Assembly: GCF_018350175.1 (NCBI RefSeq)
Contig: NC_058383.1
Location: 1,426,001-1,490,000 of the forward strand
Direction of reading: 5' to 3'
DNA length: 64,000 bases
Source: Felis catus
Taxonomy: Eukaryota
Position 1 is the first letter of the stretch; each line of letters starts with the position of its first letter. Both the position numbers and the translations under genes were made by a program. Below, in pieces: positions 12,067 through 24,712 of this stretch. The notes under the pieces were generated by a model. The model was not told the DNA's origin. It saw nothing but the letters and a program-made list of their open reading frames with translations, and did not search any database.

Positions 12067-12704
12067 CTAGCAGTCACCTTTGAGGGGCCACTCCTCCCCC
12101 CTCAGTGCCCCCTCCCCGCCCTCACTTGTGTCTGAGCCCTGCTCCCCTGCCCTTCCAATCTAGGGGAGGCCGGCCGCCAGTCACACCCGGGTGGACAGGC
12201 ACCCTCGAGCCTGGGTCCTGCCCCCGGCACCCGTCTGGGGGCTGCCTCCACGAAGCGTGTCCATTTCTGACCTGAAGGACAGGCTGGGGGATCCACGGGT
12301 GAACGTTTGCAGATACCGTCAAACAGGCAGAACGGCTGATAATTTAGATGATGTTGAAACTATCCAGCTTTGAGTAAATTACAGGAATAAAATGAGATTT
12401 ATTATGGGCAAAGCCAGAGCAATCCCACTAAAGAGGAAGAATCAGAAATAGAAAAAGAAGACGTTTGGAATAGTGGAAACTCAGGGAAGGACGGGACAGC
12501 AGACTCTGACGAGCGATTACACGTTCATCCCCGTAGCGAGCGCTCTGGGTCCACGGGGGCCGTGCAGCGTTTCTTCTGGGCTCCCGCTGGTCATCCTGCC
12601 TGGGCTCATGGGCCGCGGGCCCCAAGTCCCAAGAGAGCAGAGGCCCGGCCAGAGAAGCGGGCACTCGGGGCATAGTTGCATGCAGCATCTTTGTGTGAAC
12701 CACG

Positions 12705-12925
12705 TGCCTACTACGTGCCGGGCACACGGCTGGAGCACTTTAGAATACTCTGTGGAGCGCGAATTAGGGGCCGGGCCTTCCCAGCGGCATCTCAACCAGA
12801 GCTGCAAATGGTTCTGTTTGCAGGGGCGCTCACTCCTAATTTATGGGTGAGCGGCCGGGCTCCGAGAAGTTGGGCGACTTGCCCAAGGTCACACGGCCAG
12901 GAAGGGGCGGGACCAAGGTGGGGGC
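12705..12925 (-). mobile_element. MIR SINE relic
   Basis: cctactacgtgccgggcac...gctccgagaagttgggcgacttgcccaaggtcacacggccagga is the MIR core in antisense. Confidence 0.65.
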
Positions 12926-13469
12926 ACAGAGTTGCTGAGTTCCGGAGCCCGTAACTCTTGGGAGTGTTCAACGACTGTGCCGAGTGCGTGCAGCGCACAC
13001 GAATGGGGGGCGGCAGAGTCCTGTGAGGAGGTGAACCCACGGGCCGTGGGGGGGTGGGGCGGTGCGTGGAAGCCACTGTAACCCACTGTGGCCTGGTGGT
13101 CGGGGTAGGCCGATGAGAAGCTGAGCCAGGAGTCGGCCAAGTCACGGGCACGCGTTAGGGCAGCAATGCTCCAAGCGGACGAAACAGCCAGTTCAAAGGC
13201 CGGGCGTCCTCAGAGAAGTGCAAGTGACTCCTTCCCAACTGGGCCTCTGGCGTGAAGGGGACAGTTGGGGACAGTACGCCAGGGAGAGAGTGCGGATGGT
13301 GTCTTGGACGCTGGGGCTCTTTGGGGGTGGTGTTTAACAGGCAGGGCAGGAGATCAGGTCTGTGCTTCAGAAAGATCTCAAAACTGGATCAAGGGGTTTG
13401 TTCCCGAGGCGGAGAGATGGGCCAGGCTGTCTTAGAAGATGTCCCTCAGGGCTTGTAAGCCAGGGGAGC

Positions 13470-13830
13470 TGGCCCCCAGTAAGTGTGAGTGACGGGGAAT
13501 CTAGTGGCTCAGCTAACCACTGTGGCGGAAATCCGGGGCTTCAGGCATGGCTGGATCTGAGCGCACAGTCATTTTCTGTCTTTCTCTCCCTGCCTCCCTC
13601 CCCCCTCTCTCCCCTCTGAGTCCCTCTGAGGATGAGTGTCCTTTATGCCGCTGTAGCTGGGGACAGTGGCCGCCAGAAGTCCCCACCTTCTATCCTCCTG
13701 GGAATCACTACCTCTGGAAGAGAGATCTTGGAAAAGGTGGGGTCATGTCCTGTCCCTGAGCCGGTCACTTTGGCCTGGGGAGAGTGGATTCTTTGAGTGG
13801 TCAACTTGGTCACCTGCTTGTGGGGGTTGA
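13470..13830 (-). mobile_element. Old MaLR LTR fragment (MLT1J/K-like)
   Basis: ggcttcaggcatggctggatc and ggggtcatgtcctgtccctgagccggtcactttggcctgggg resemble MLT1K antisense as recalled. Confidence 0.45.
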
Positions 13831-15932
13831 GCCCGTGGCTGAGAGCACCACCCAGACTCCACAGCCCCGGGGAGGGCTGGATTCCCCAGGAGACACCCGT
13901 GCCTGGCTCACTGTGGGCAGGGGGGCGGCGGGGAGAGCCTTGCACCAACCCTGGGGAGCAGGGCAAGGACTGGCTTCCAGGGACACTTAGAAGGTCAGCT
14001 TGGCGGATTCGGTGGCATTGGCAGATGTGGGGAGAGGGCGGGATCTGGAAGTGATTTCTAGGGTCCTGGTTTGATCACCTGATGAGGTGCTCGTGCTGTC
14101 TGCTGACGTGGGGGGGATTTCAGGTATGTCTTACTTGAGGTGCCGGCAGGACACCTAGGGGCCTGGTGTCCAAAGAGAAATCCAGGCCGGAGAGCCACGT
14201 GGGGATCATCGCTCGGGGGCGGTGGCTATTGGAGCCAAGGTCATGGGTGGGTCCTGGTCCCGAGGGGCCCGGCATCTGCTGGTCGTGTCTTTGGGCGGTG
14301 GAGAGAGGGCGCAGAGGGTCAGGGGGTCAAGAGGAGAAGTGTGGGGGGGAGGGGGTGGATGCCGATGTCCCAGAGCCAAGGAAAGAGTTTCCAGACGGAG
14401 AAGGTGATCAGCCAGCTGTCTCATTGCCACGGCAGTGGCTTCCCGGGCTGGCGACCCTGTACCCACTCACACCTCTGTCTCGGGACATCTTGGGGGCGCT
14501 CGTGGGCCCCTGGGAGAAGGGAAGAGTCTGGAGGGAGCGGGGCATCAGGCCCACAAAGCCAGCTGGGTTCAGGGCAGGGTCGCCAGGCAGGCTCGGGGCC
14601 CCCAGGGCTGGAGTCTGACGGATGGTGCTGGTGCCTTCTGGGGGCTCCCAGCGTGGCTTGTACCCTCTTTCTGGGGCCCCTGATCTTGACGCAGACAGCC
14701 CCGGGCTTCCTCACAGACCCCTGCTGTTGGGCTGTCCTGGTGGCCCCCAGTGCCTGCTGTGGTTGCGTGGCCAGCCTGGACCCCCCAAAGGAGGCAGGTG
14801 GCAGGGCCTAGCCGCCCCCCCCCACTCTCCCCTGTCTTTCCGGGGGCCTGGCCTGCACGAGGGGGGCCTGCACCAGAGAGCCTCTGGGAGGAGGGCTGAG
14901 CCAGTGGTGTAGCCCGTTTTGCACACAAGGAGAGTGAGGCCAAGAGTGGTCGGCTTAGAGGAGGCGGCCGCTCATCTCAGATGGAGGTGGTCTAATGCTC
15001 TGGGTGGCTTTCCCCGATACTTGATGGGACCCCTCGGACGCCCCACGGAGCAGACGCTGGTGACCAGGGAGGGGAGAGGCCCCTCTGCGCCAGGGAGCTT
15101 GATGAGCCCTGAGGGTGGGGGCCTGAGAGGGGACGGGCCAGCCCCCAGAGCCGCCTCGGGCCCAGCCGGCCGGGGGAAGACCGGGAGGTGTGTGGAGCAG
15201 GGTCTGGGGCGGTGGTCCCGGGGGGTTGGGACCGGCCACTGGGGCCTCACAGTGCGGCTGATGATGGCCAAACACCAGAGTTGCCTCACGTAGCCCCGTC
15301 AGGGGCGCCGTGCCAATTACCACTGAGCCGAGTGCGTCGTCAGCTTCCCAGGCGTCAGGAACCCAATTAGGGGTGTCTCAGATCCGGTCAGGTGGCTCCG
15401 TCAGTTGTCCGAGCCGCAGGAGCTGGGCTGTACCGGGCACCTGCCATGCGCTGACGAGCTATAACGGGGCTTCGCCAGGCAGGGGCTGGGTTACACGGGC
15501 ACCGCAGGGGTGGGCGTGGAGCACGGCCAGCTGGGGAAGGGGGGCTTGGCGGATGACCGTCCGGCCAAGGAGGGTCCGGCACGAGGGTCCTTTCTGCCGG
15601 GGAGTGGGGTGAGGGGCGGTGGTCTGGGCTAGGAGACGGTCCCAGAGGCTGCATTCGCACCAGCCTTGGTCCCCAGGGGCCATCTGGTCTGCCCTGGGCT
15701 CTACGGCGGGAGAGACACAGGTCCTCGAGGTGGGCTCCGTTAGCAGGTGGTCTCTCGTTGGCCTGGGGGACAGGAGGGGACACGGTCCCGGCCCCGCGGT
15801 GCCCAGAGCCCGACGCAGCACGCCGTCTGCCCCCAGACCAGGTCTGCTTACACCCTGCGGCTCCCGCTGGAGGGACAAGGAATCGTCCAGCTTGGCCAGG
15901 TGCTTGGTCTGAGCCAGCAGACATGGGCCTGC

Positions 15933-16075
15933 TGTGAGGGGCTGAATCGCGTCCCCTCCCCAATCCGTGTGTCAAAGTCCTAATGCCCAGTCCCTCACAA
16001 GTGACCGAGTCTGGAGGCAGGGCCCTTGGGCTGAAATGAGGCTGTTAGGGCGGCCTTGTCCCATGCAGCTGGTGG
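15933..16075 (+). mobile_element. MLT1 LTR 5' fragment
   Basis: tgtgaggggctgaatcgcgtcccc...aaagtcctaatgcccagt...gtgacc...aaatgaggctgttagggcggcc. Confidence 0.6.
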
Positions 16076-16189
16076 GGTCACCCAAACCTTCGTTCCGGAG
16101 GCCATTCGTCTCTGGCCCTCCCGAAACCCGAGGAGTGAGGTTTGTAGGGCGGTGGCAGCTTCCGGTGGGTGGAGCAGCTGGAGACGGTT

Positions 16190-16650
16190 GTTTCATTCAC
16201 TGGCCGTGCTCTGAGTCTGTGCTGCGTGCCCGGCGCTATCTGCTGGGAGAGACAGGCGGGCAACGAGGAAACCAACAACAGAGATCGTTCCGGGCAGCGG
16301 GACACGCTCCGACGACGGCCCAACGCAGCGCCCGCGATAGGAGGTGACTTAACGGGATGGTCAGGGCCGCGCCCTCACAAGAACGGCACACCCGGAAGAA
16401 GACCATTCTGGGCAGAAGACACAGCCGGTGCAAAGGCCCTGGGGTGGAAACAGATGTGGTGCGGGTCCCAGAGGTGGCCTGCGCGGCGCTCACTGGAGCG
16501 TGGCGAACCGAGGGCAGGGAGGCGGAAAAAGGAAGCCAAAGTCGTTAGCGCCTTGTAGGTGGGCCAGGGTAGGGAGCAAGGCGAGAAGCCGCTGGGGGTT
16601 TGAGCCGCGGAGTGATGTGATCTGTGTTATGAAAGATTGAGCTGTCGTCT
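16190..16650 (-). mobile_element. L2 LINE fragments
   Basis: accattctgggcagaagacacagccggtgcaaaggccctggggtggaaac, ccttgtaggtgggccagggtaggga and gggtttgagccgcggagtgatgtgatctg are L2 antisense motifs. Confidence 0.55.
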
Positions 16651-17389
16651 CCCTGGAGGGCGGAAGGCGGGGAGAGGGGTGGGGGGGATCAGCGAGAGGC
16701 CACCAGAGTGACCCGGAGAGAGCCAGGGTGTCGGCCACTGGCTGGAGGGAAGGGGATTGGGGGCTGGTTTCAAGCCAGAGCCCATTGGGGGTTGCTTCTG
16801 GGTTGGAGGGGAGGTCAGACCGGGGAGAGGTCAAGGGCTGGGGCCCGAGCCTCCGGGGAAGCTGGCGCCCTTGCCCAGACGGAGTGAACCTCCAGCTGTT
16901 TTGGGCACAATCAGCGTGAGCAGATCTGAAGTGTGGACTGCGGATCTGAGGTCCTGGCCTGCAGGAGGGGCGGTGCCCCGGCCGGCCTGGGGGGCAGTGG
17001 GGTCGGGGCGGATGTGAAGCCAGACTTGGTCCCTCCCCACATGAGTGTGGCCTCAGGCGGTGGTTCCTCCTCGCTGGGGCGATGGGGGCACAGCTCCTCC
17101 TCCAGCAGTCTGTGGCGAACAGCCCCGCCCAGACCTCCCTGCCCCGCCCCTCTCCCCCCCCCCCTCCGCAACCCCCATCCCCTGTCAGTGCCCGAGACCC
17201 TCCCCCACTGCAGGCTCCAACCCCCCAGATGCCGGGCATGTCGGTGCCACACTGCCTCCCTTCTCCTCCCGCCAACTCGAGGCTCTTGACCTGGAACACG
17301 CTGGGGTTGCGGCCACCCCGCAGCCTCCAGGGGTCAGGAGGGTCCCGATAGAGCGGGGGTCTGTCCCCGGGGGCCCCGAGTGTCTTCAA

Positions 17390-17760
17390 GGGGCTCTGGT
17401 GGATGTGAAGAGGCCTCTCGTGGGGGCTTTAATTGGCATTTTCCCATCGATCGTGAGCGCAGGACGGGTCCCCTCCCTCCTGGGCTCTCCGAGGGCTCGT
17501 CTTTCTTACTGACGTGGAAGAGCCCTCCAGCCGCGCCCGTGTTAACGCTCTGTTCGTGGGTGTGTGTTGTGATCTCTTCTGCGTATCCGCCGCTGTCCGT
17601 GTGCCTCCTTTGTGGCGTGTTTTGTCACACAGACTTTTCTAATTTTGCTCTAGTTGCATTGATCGATCTTCCCCGGCATGACTTGTGTGTTCCGTGTGTG
17701 TTTCAGGAACTTGCCCTGCTCAGAGGTCGTAAACAGGTTTGCCTGCACGTTGAGGTCTCT
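17390..17760 (-). mobile_element. Old L1 ORF2 3' region relic (antisense), GC-shifted
   Basis: ggatgtgaagaggcctctcgtgggggctttaattggcattttccc...cacagacttttctaattttg...gaggtcgtaaaca tracks L1 antisense gggtgtgaagtggtatctcattgtggttttaatttgcatttccc...cacaaaagtttttaattttg...aaggtcatgaaga. Confidence 0.6.
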
Positions 17761-18514
17761 TGTCCCCCGGGACGAGTTCTGTAACGGCACGAGGTAGGGA
17801 TCTCGTTTAGTCCTCCCCAGCCGGTTCGCCAGGTTCCCCCGACGCAGTTATTACACCATCCATCTTTCCCTTCCCGATGGCGTGGCCGCCCCCGCCGGCC
17901 CCGGGTGCGCCTCTCCGTGCAGCCCTCCTTCTCGCTCTCGGTCTGGTCGGCTCGGTGCCTCCTCGTGATAAATGGGGTGATCTGAGTTTCTGGAGGCCCC
18001 AGGGGAGGAGCCGGGGGAACCTACAAGCAGAGAGCAGTGAGGAGGCCACACCAGTTGTCAGTGGGGGGGATGCCGGGAAGGGGTGGCAGGTGGGTGATTC
18101 CGGGGAGGGGGGACGGGCGTGCGGGATACTAAACAGCGTTAAGCGGGAAGCGCAGCCTGACTTTCAGAAGGGACAGGCAACACTTGGCTTCCGTTGTCCG
18201 CGTTCTCTGATATAAGCTTCCTTGCCCCCCGAAAAGCTTTGAGGCATGGGGCCAGGGCTCGCTCTAGTCAGCAGAGTGGGGACCAGCCCCGGGACCCTGG
18301 GTTTTCAGTGGGCTCCCCGCCACCCCCCCCCCCCGCAGGACAGCTGGCCCTACCGGTGGGGAGGGGACATGTGGAGACCTCTGGCGAGGCCCCCCCTTCG
18401 CTCAGGTTCCAGGCTTCACATCACAGCGGCCTGGGGCGCTGGTCTGGCTTGCAGCAATCAGGGGGCCGCCCAGCAGGTGCCTAGGGCAGGGGTCCTGGAG
18501 CCTTGGGATGGGGG

Positions 18515-18838
18515 TGTCAGCCCCGGGACTGCAGTAACGGACCACCACGGATGGGGCGGCTTAAACACAGAAATTAATTTTCTCACGTCCTGGAGGCTGA
18601 AGCGCGAGACCCAGGCGTGGGCAGGGCTGGCTTCTGCTGGGGCCTCTCTCCGTGGCCCTGTGCATGTCGTGTTCTCCCCGTGTCCTCATGCGGTCGTCGC
18701 CCTGTGCATGTCTGCGTCCTGATCTCCTCCTCTCAGATCACCCTCGTGATCTATTACACCCTCCTTGCCTCTCCATGCTGAGACACTGGGGCTGGGACTC
18801 AACATGCGAACTCGGGGAGGACACAGCTCAGCCCTGGC
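18515..18838 (-). mobile_element. MaLR solo LTR, MLT1B-like
   Basis: ggcggcttaaacacagaaattaattttctcacgtcctggaggctg...gtgtcctcatgcggtc...tcctgatctcctcct...tcaacatgcgaac...ggacacagctcagccc. Confidence 0.75.
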
Positions 18839-20097
18839 GGGGCGGGGTGCAGGGAGGAGTAATGGGGGGGTGGAGTGTAAGGGTGGTGGGTCTGGAGCAG
18901 AGAGGGCTGGGCCCCCGTCACCTGCTCTGAGCCCGGGGGGGCTCTGGGGCTGGGGGAGCACGTGCACGCTGTGGCACACTGCACGGGGTGATGCGGGTCT
19001 GGAGGGGGGAGGCGCGGGGGGAGGTGCAGGCCAGTGGGGGTTGGGGCACTGCCTGGGGTCCCTCCTGCCGGCACAGTGGGGGCTGGCCCGCTGTCCCCAG
19101 CCTGCAAAGTGGAGGAGAAGGAGCAGAGAGAGCCACCGGAGGCCATGTGGCCGCAGGCACGAGGAGGCCTTGGGGGGCCTTTGAGGACTGGGGGCCACGC
19201 CCAAGGGCCAGCAGCACGATGTCCCCTGGCAGGTGGCACGGAGAGCCAGCCACTCACACGCGCGCATTTGAGAACTCAGACCCAAATCTGTAAGGAGACG
19301 CGAGGGGCTCAGGCGGACTGAGGCCGCGTTCCCGCCCTCCGGGGGAAGGGGTGTCTCGGGGCCTCCCGGCAGCAGGGTCACAGGGAATCAGAAATTGTCC
19401 TCAGCTCGGGGGCCAGAGGTGGCTCTGCACAGCGTCCATCTTTTGCTTCTCCTGGGTCTTCTCGTTTTGTCCAGAGCTTGGGCTTAAGTCTCCGGGAAAG
19501 ACCAGTCCCCTCCGAGGCGGGAAGGACGGGTAGATAGGCTTCAGGCCGGTCCAGCATGTGGCGCCTGGGAAGGGGGGGGGTCCCTGCCCAGCCTGTCTCC
19601 CCACCTGCTCTCTCCTGGGCCTGTGAGTGGATCTGAAGCCCGAGAGCCTTGGCCCAGGGCTGGGGGTGGGGAGGGCAGGGGGATAACGGATAACGGGATC
19701 CCGGGGCGGCTTGTGTGTGTGTGTTGGGGGTGTTGAGCCTGGGTAGGGAGAGGTGAACAGCAGCCCCTCCCCGGGGACCAGCAGGGCGCCGAGCACAGAA
19801 GGGCCCGGTGTGTGGCCTGCCCTGGGCTCGGTGTGGGCCTGGCGCGTCCCTCGCAGCCTCCCCAGAGATTAGGTGAGAGGCCAGCCTGCTGAGCCCCTGG
19901 GCATTAGGCGTCTCCTTCTGACCTTGAGAGGATTTGATGCGGGCTCGGGTGGGGGGAGGCTGCTGAGGTCACCAGAGGTCCCAAACGGTGCCCAGACATG
20001 CCCTTTGTTTGAAAAGCACACTTTTGTTTTTAAATTAGAATTAACTGCCAAGATTAAAAATGGGAGACATTATACATTAAAATCTCATTTCTAGCTT

Positions 20098-20329
20098 AAA
20101 AAAATTTTTTTCTTTTCTTTTTTTTTTTTTTTTACTGTTTATTTTTGAGACAGAGAGACAGAGCGTGAGAGGGGGAGGGGCAGGGAGAGAGGGAGACACA
20201 GAATCGTAAGCAGGCTCCAGGCTCCGAGCTGTCAGCACAGAGCCCGACGTGGGACTCGAACCCACAAACCTCGAGACCGTGACCTGAGCCGAAGTCGGAC
20301 GCTGAACTGACTGAGCCCTCAGGCGCCCC
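20098..20329 (-). mobile_element. Can-SINE
   Basis: Full-length with long T tail; TSD catttctag(c/t)tt at 20086-20097 and 20329-20340. Confidence 0.95.
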
Positions 20330-22486
20330 ATTTCTAGTTTTTTTAGGAAACAGAAACCCGAGGCCCTGGGGACCCTGGCTCCTTTCAGGTCCTGCTCAAA
20401 CACTGCAGGTACCTCGTGCTCAGCCCTCAGGGTCTGCTGCCCCTGGCCCTGCTCCCGGCTCAGGGCTGCCCCCTGCTGCCTGCACCTGGAGCCCCTGCTG
20501 CGGCCCAGCCTCACGCCCCGTGAAGCCGTCACCCTCCATCACCTTCCCCGAGAGCTGTCCCTGGACAGCTGGCCTCCACTTTCCGTGTCTCTTTTCCCTG
20601 CCCGGGTCCCTTTCTACCGCTTGCCCACGGGGGTGCGTCTTTGCCTGCCCCTAGCCGGGGTGGGGGTGGGGGTCCGTGGGCTGTGTCCCTGCACTCTGCC
20701 GGCAGATTCCACAGGACCAGCGTGGACACACTTCTCGGGGGGAAGGACACTCATCCAGAAGACCACGTGAGACCAGAAGTCATGCTGGGGCCACTTTTAG
20801 AAACTAGTCTTGGCCTCGGTGATGCTCAATGAGCCCCCGGAGTGTAGATGGGCGGCCACCTGCAAGGGCCCCTCCTGCCTGCGACCCCCCCAGGTGTCTG
20901 AGCTCTCGTGCAGCGTGTAGAGAATCGTCATCCCTTTCCTGCTCCTCAGGGGTCCTGGGATTCAGACCTCACCCTCATGACCTTGTCCTTAAAAGGCTTT
21001 TTTAAAGACTGTAGAGTTCACCCTTTCAGTGTCCATTCCTCTGAGTTTGACAAACGCAGCCAAGGTCCCTCCTGCTGTCCCTCCAGCCCCTGTAGTCATG
21101 GACCCGTCCCGCGTGTTAATAGTTCTGCCTTTCCTAGGATGTCATGTAAGGGGGATCCTGTACGGTATAGCCTTTGAAGTCTTTTCAGGATTTTAGGCAA
21201 ATTTATATTTCATGTAAATGGGCTCTTACCATTACGTAGCCTTCCATGTGTGGCTTCTTACATTCAGCATCGTGTTGTCAAGGTCAAAATCAAGCTGTCT
21301 TTTTGTTCTTGAGCTGGGAGAGTTCTCTGTACGTTCTGGGTGCCAGACCCTTACCGGACACATGTTTTGCAACTATTTTCTCCCAGGCTGTGGGTTGTCT
21401 TTTCGCTGTCCTGGTTGGGGTCCTCTGATGCGCAAAAGTTTTTACAGTGTGACGAGGGCCAATGTATGTATTTTTCCTTTTGTTGCTTGCCGTTTTGGTG
21501 TTGGATGGAAGAAACCGTTGTCAAGCCCGAGGTCATAAAAATTTGCCTCTGTCTCTTCTTCTGAGAGCTTTAAAGTTTTAGCTGTTCTATTTAGCTTTTA
21601 GAAGTTTATTTTGAGTTAATTTTTTATATGGCGTGAGGTAGGGATCCAACTTGACTTCCATTGTCCTGGTGCCTTTTGTAGAAGAGACTATTTATTCCCC
21701 ACGGAGTAGTCCTGGCTGGCTTCTAGAAGATCAGTTGGCCACAGACATATGGGTTTTTCCCAGAGTCTCGCTGATCATTGTCTCTCTTTAGATCAGTGCC
21801 ACACTGTTTGATGACTGTAGTTTTGGAGTAAGTTTTGAGACTGACAGGTATGAGTCGAGTCCCCCTAACTTTGTTCTTTTTCAAGACTGTTTTGGCTATT
21901 TAGGGTCCCTTCACAATTCTGTATGAATCTGAGGATTTGCCGTCCGCTTCTGCAAAAAGGCAATTGGAGTGTTGATGGGAGCTGCATTGAATTTGTTTGG
22001 AGATTACTATCATAATATTAGCAAGTTCTCCGACCCGTGCACGTGGCTGTATCTCTACCTGCTCAGGACTCCTTTACTTCCCTGGAGCAATGCTTTGTGG
22101 ATTTCAGTGCACCTGTCTGTACCACCTTGGTTCAGTTCATTCTTAGGTGTTTTATTCTTGATTCTTTAATTTGGAATTGTTTTCTTAATTTCCTTTTCAG
22201 ACTGCTCGTGGTTAGTGTATAGACATACAGCTGATTTTTGTGTGTTGATCCTGTGTCCTGCAACTTTGCTGAACTTGTTTATTGGCTCTAACGTGCATTC
22301 TGAGTATATGGATTCCTTAGGATTTTCTATGTACAAGGTCGTGTCGCTTGGAACACAGATAGTTCTACTTAGCATCTTTGAATCTTGAGATTCATTCATG
22401 ATGTTGTGCATATTGATAGCTTATTCCTTTTTGTTGCTGAGTGTTATTCCGTTGAATGGATATGCCACTATTATGTGTCCGTTTAC

Positions 22487-22488
<2 letters not shown>

Positions 22489-22521
<33 letters not shown>

Positions 22522-22670
22522 GCAGTTGGGGAGGGGCACTGAATCCGAAGCAGGCTCCAGGCTCTGAGCTGTTAGCACAGAGCCTGACATGGGGCTCGAA
22601 CCCACAAACTGCGAGATCATGACCTGAGCCAAAGTCGGACGCTTAACCGACTGAGCCACCCAGGCATCCC
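22489..22670 (-). mobile_element. Can-SINE lacking A-tail and TSD
   Basis: (AG)n then gaatccgaagcaggctccagg...gagccacccaggcatccc; no T-tract on the left side. Confidence 0.9.
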
Positions 22671-23271
22671 TTAAACTTCCAACTGTTAAGAAATTATTTT
22701 TAACAAACGATTTTCTGAAGTGGTTAAAACATTTTGTATTTCCAACAGCAGCATTTAAAGGTTCTGGTTGGTCTAAACCTTCAGCAATACTGGATATGGT
22801 CGGTCTTGTAATTTTTAGCCATTCTAATAAGTGCTGAGAAGTATCTCATTGTGGTTTTGATTTGTACTTCTCCAGGACTATCGACCTCGAGCACCTTTTT
22901 AGGTCCTTATTTGCCATTTGTGTATCTTCTTTTGTGACATATCTGTTCATCTCTTTTGTCCATTTTTTTAAACTGAGCTGTTTGTTTTCTTACTGTGGAA
23001 TATTGAATGTTTTTGACATATTTTGTCAAATCCTTTGTCACATATACGGTTTGGAAATATTTTCTCCTTGCCTGAGACTTTTAGAGAGCAGGAAGCTCTC
23101 ATTTGACGATGTCCAGCTTATTAACGTTTATTTATGTTTATTTTATGGATTGTTCTTTTGATGTTGTGGCTGAACAATTTCATCTAAGCGAAGACAAAGA
23201 TTTTCTCCTATGTCTTCTGCTAGAACGTTTATAATTCTGGATTTTTACAGTTAGATCGATGAGTCATTTTG

Positions 23272-23560
23272 TTTATTTATTTATTTTTGTATATATGTTT
23301 ATATAAATATATATACATATATATAAAAATACGTATATATACATATATATAAATACATATATATATACATATGTATATATATATTGAGAGAGAGAGAGAA
23401 CGAGTCGGGGAAAGGGACAGAGGGAGGGAGAAAGAGAATCTGAAGCAGGCTCCACACTCAGCATAGAGCCCAACGCGTGGCTCAATCCCATGACCCTGGG
23501 ATCATGAGCTGAGCTGAAATCAAGAGTTGGACGGTCAACCAACTGAGCCACCCAGGCGCC
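23272..23560 (-). mobile_element. Can-SINE (older gaaatcaagag-type subfamily) with (TA)n expansion in tail
   Basis: gagctgaaatcaagagttggacg...gagccacccaggcgcc; degenerate TSD tgagtcattttg / tgagcgattttg. Confidence 0.9.
23289..23384. repeat. Interrupted (TA)n microsatellite
   Basis: tatatatgtttatataaatatatatacatatatata... Confidence 0.95.
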
Positions 23561-24052
23561 GGTCTCTGAGCGATTTTGAATTACATTTTGTATAGAATGT
23601 AAGTTATGGATCGAAGCTCGTTTTTCTGACATACGGATGTCCAAACTGTTCCACCACCATTGGATGAAAAGACCATCTTTTCTCCACCAAATTGCCTTTG
23701 CGTCTTGTCAAAAATGTGTTGTCCATTTTTGTGTGTGCATCTTTTTCCGGACTCTGTTCTGTCCCATTGATCTGTTTGTCTGTATACATGCCGATACCAC
23801 ACTGTCTTGATTCCCACAGTTTTATAATTGGTCTGGCAATCACATCCTGTTATGCTCCACCTTTGTTCTTTTTCAACCATTTTTGGCACAGTCTTGCTCC
23901 GATCTACAATAGTTGGCAGCTGATTCTGTCCTCTCCGGCACGCTGATCTTTCCAGGAGCTTCTCCTGCATTTCCCTGAGGTGATCCCTCCACTGCTGTGT
24001 CCACTGCCTGACCTATTCACTCACGTTCGTCTTCCCCCAAACAGAGACAATG

Positions 24053-24270
24053 GGGGCGCCTGGGTGGCGCAGTCGGTTAAGCGGCCGACTTCAGCCAGGT
24101 CACGATCTCGCGGTCTGTGAGTTCGAGCCCCGCGTCGGGCTCTGGGCTGATGGCTCAGAGCCTGGAGCCTGTTTCCGATTCTGTGCCTCCCTCTCTCTCT
24201 GCCCCTCCCCCGTTCATGCTCTGTCTCTCTCTGTCCCAAAAATAAAATAAAAATAAAACGTTGAAAAAAA
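24053..24270 (+). mobile_element. Can-SINE, young feline subfamily
   Basis: ggggcgcctgggtggcgcagtcggttaagcggccgacttcagccaggtcacgatctc; TSD aaacagagaca(a/c)tg at 24039 and 24271. Confidence 0.96.
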
Positions 24271-24431
24271 AAACAGAGACACTGGGCTCGTTGCATTACC
24301 CACCGGGTGTCTTGGAACTGGGGGCCATCACTTTTTCTCTGCAGTCCACAAAGAGCTCAGCTGGGTCAGGTGCACGGAAGAGGTTTCCCTCAGGCTTGGA
24401 TTGTATTTCCATATAAGCCCGTTGTATATTT

Positions 24432-24649
24432 TTTTATTGAAATTTTTAAATGTTTATTTAGTTTTGAGAGAGAGACAGAGCATGAGTGGGGAAGGGGCAG
24501 AGAGAGAGAGGGAGACACAGAATCTGAAGTAGGCTCCAGGCTCCGAGCTTTCAGCACAGAGCCCGACATGGGGCTCGAATCCACAAATGGTGAGATCATG
24601 ACCCGAGCTGAAGTCAGACACTTAACCGACTGAGCCCACCAGGTGCCCC
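24432..24649 (-). mobile_element. Can-SINE, CpG-decayed
   Basis: gagacacagaatctgaagtaggctccagg...accaggtgcccc; degenerate TSD aagcccgttgtat / aagtcctttgtat. Confidence 0.93.
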
Positions 24650-24712
24650 AGAAGTCCTTTGTATTTTGGACTAAAATCAGGATGTTAGTGGAGATGTCTA
24701 ATGCTATGAGTT

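Larger units (their letters stand above)
20990..23900 (-). mobile_element. Composite old LINE-1 block (outer L1M 3' part interrupted by an inner L1 at ~21181-22370 and two SINEs)
   Basis: AT-rich antisense L1. ORF 23581..23970(-) gives YKTVGIKTVWYRH...QTDQWDRTES...GQHIFDK (L1 ORF2 YKATVIKTVWYW...IDQWNRIES...QLIFDK). ORF 22166..22411(-) gives DTTLYIENPKES...INKFSKVAGHRINTQKS, the RT region just after the FADD motif. Confidence 0.9.

Noticed and set aside
17877..18215. ORF with signal-peptide-like start (MAWPPPPAPGAPLRAALLLALGLVGSV)
   Set aside because: No recognisable domain, promoter island or clear exon structure; hydrophobic Ala/Leu runs arise easily in GC-rich frames. Revisit only if conservation or RNA-seq supports it.
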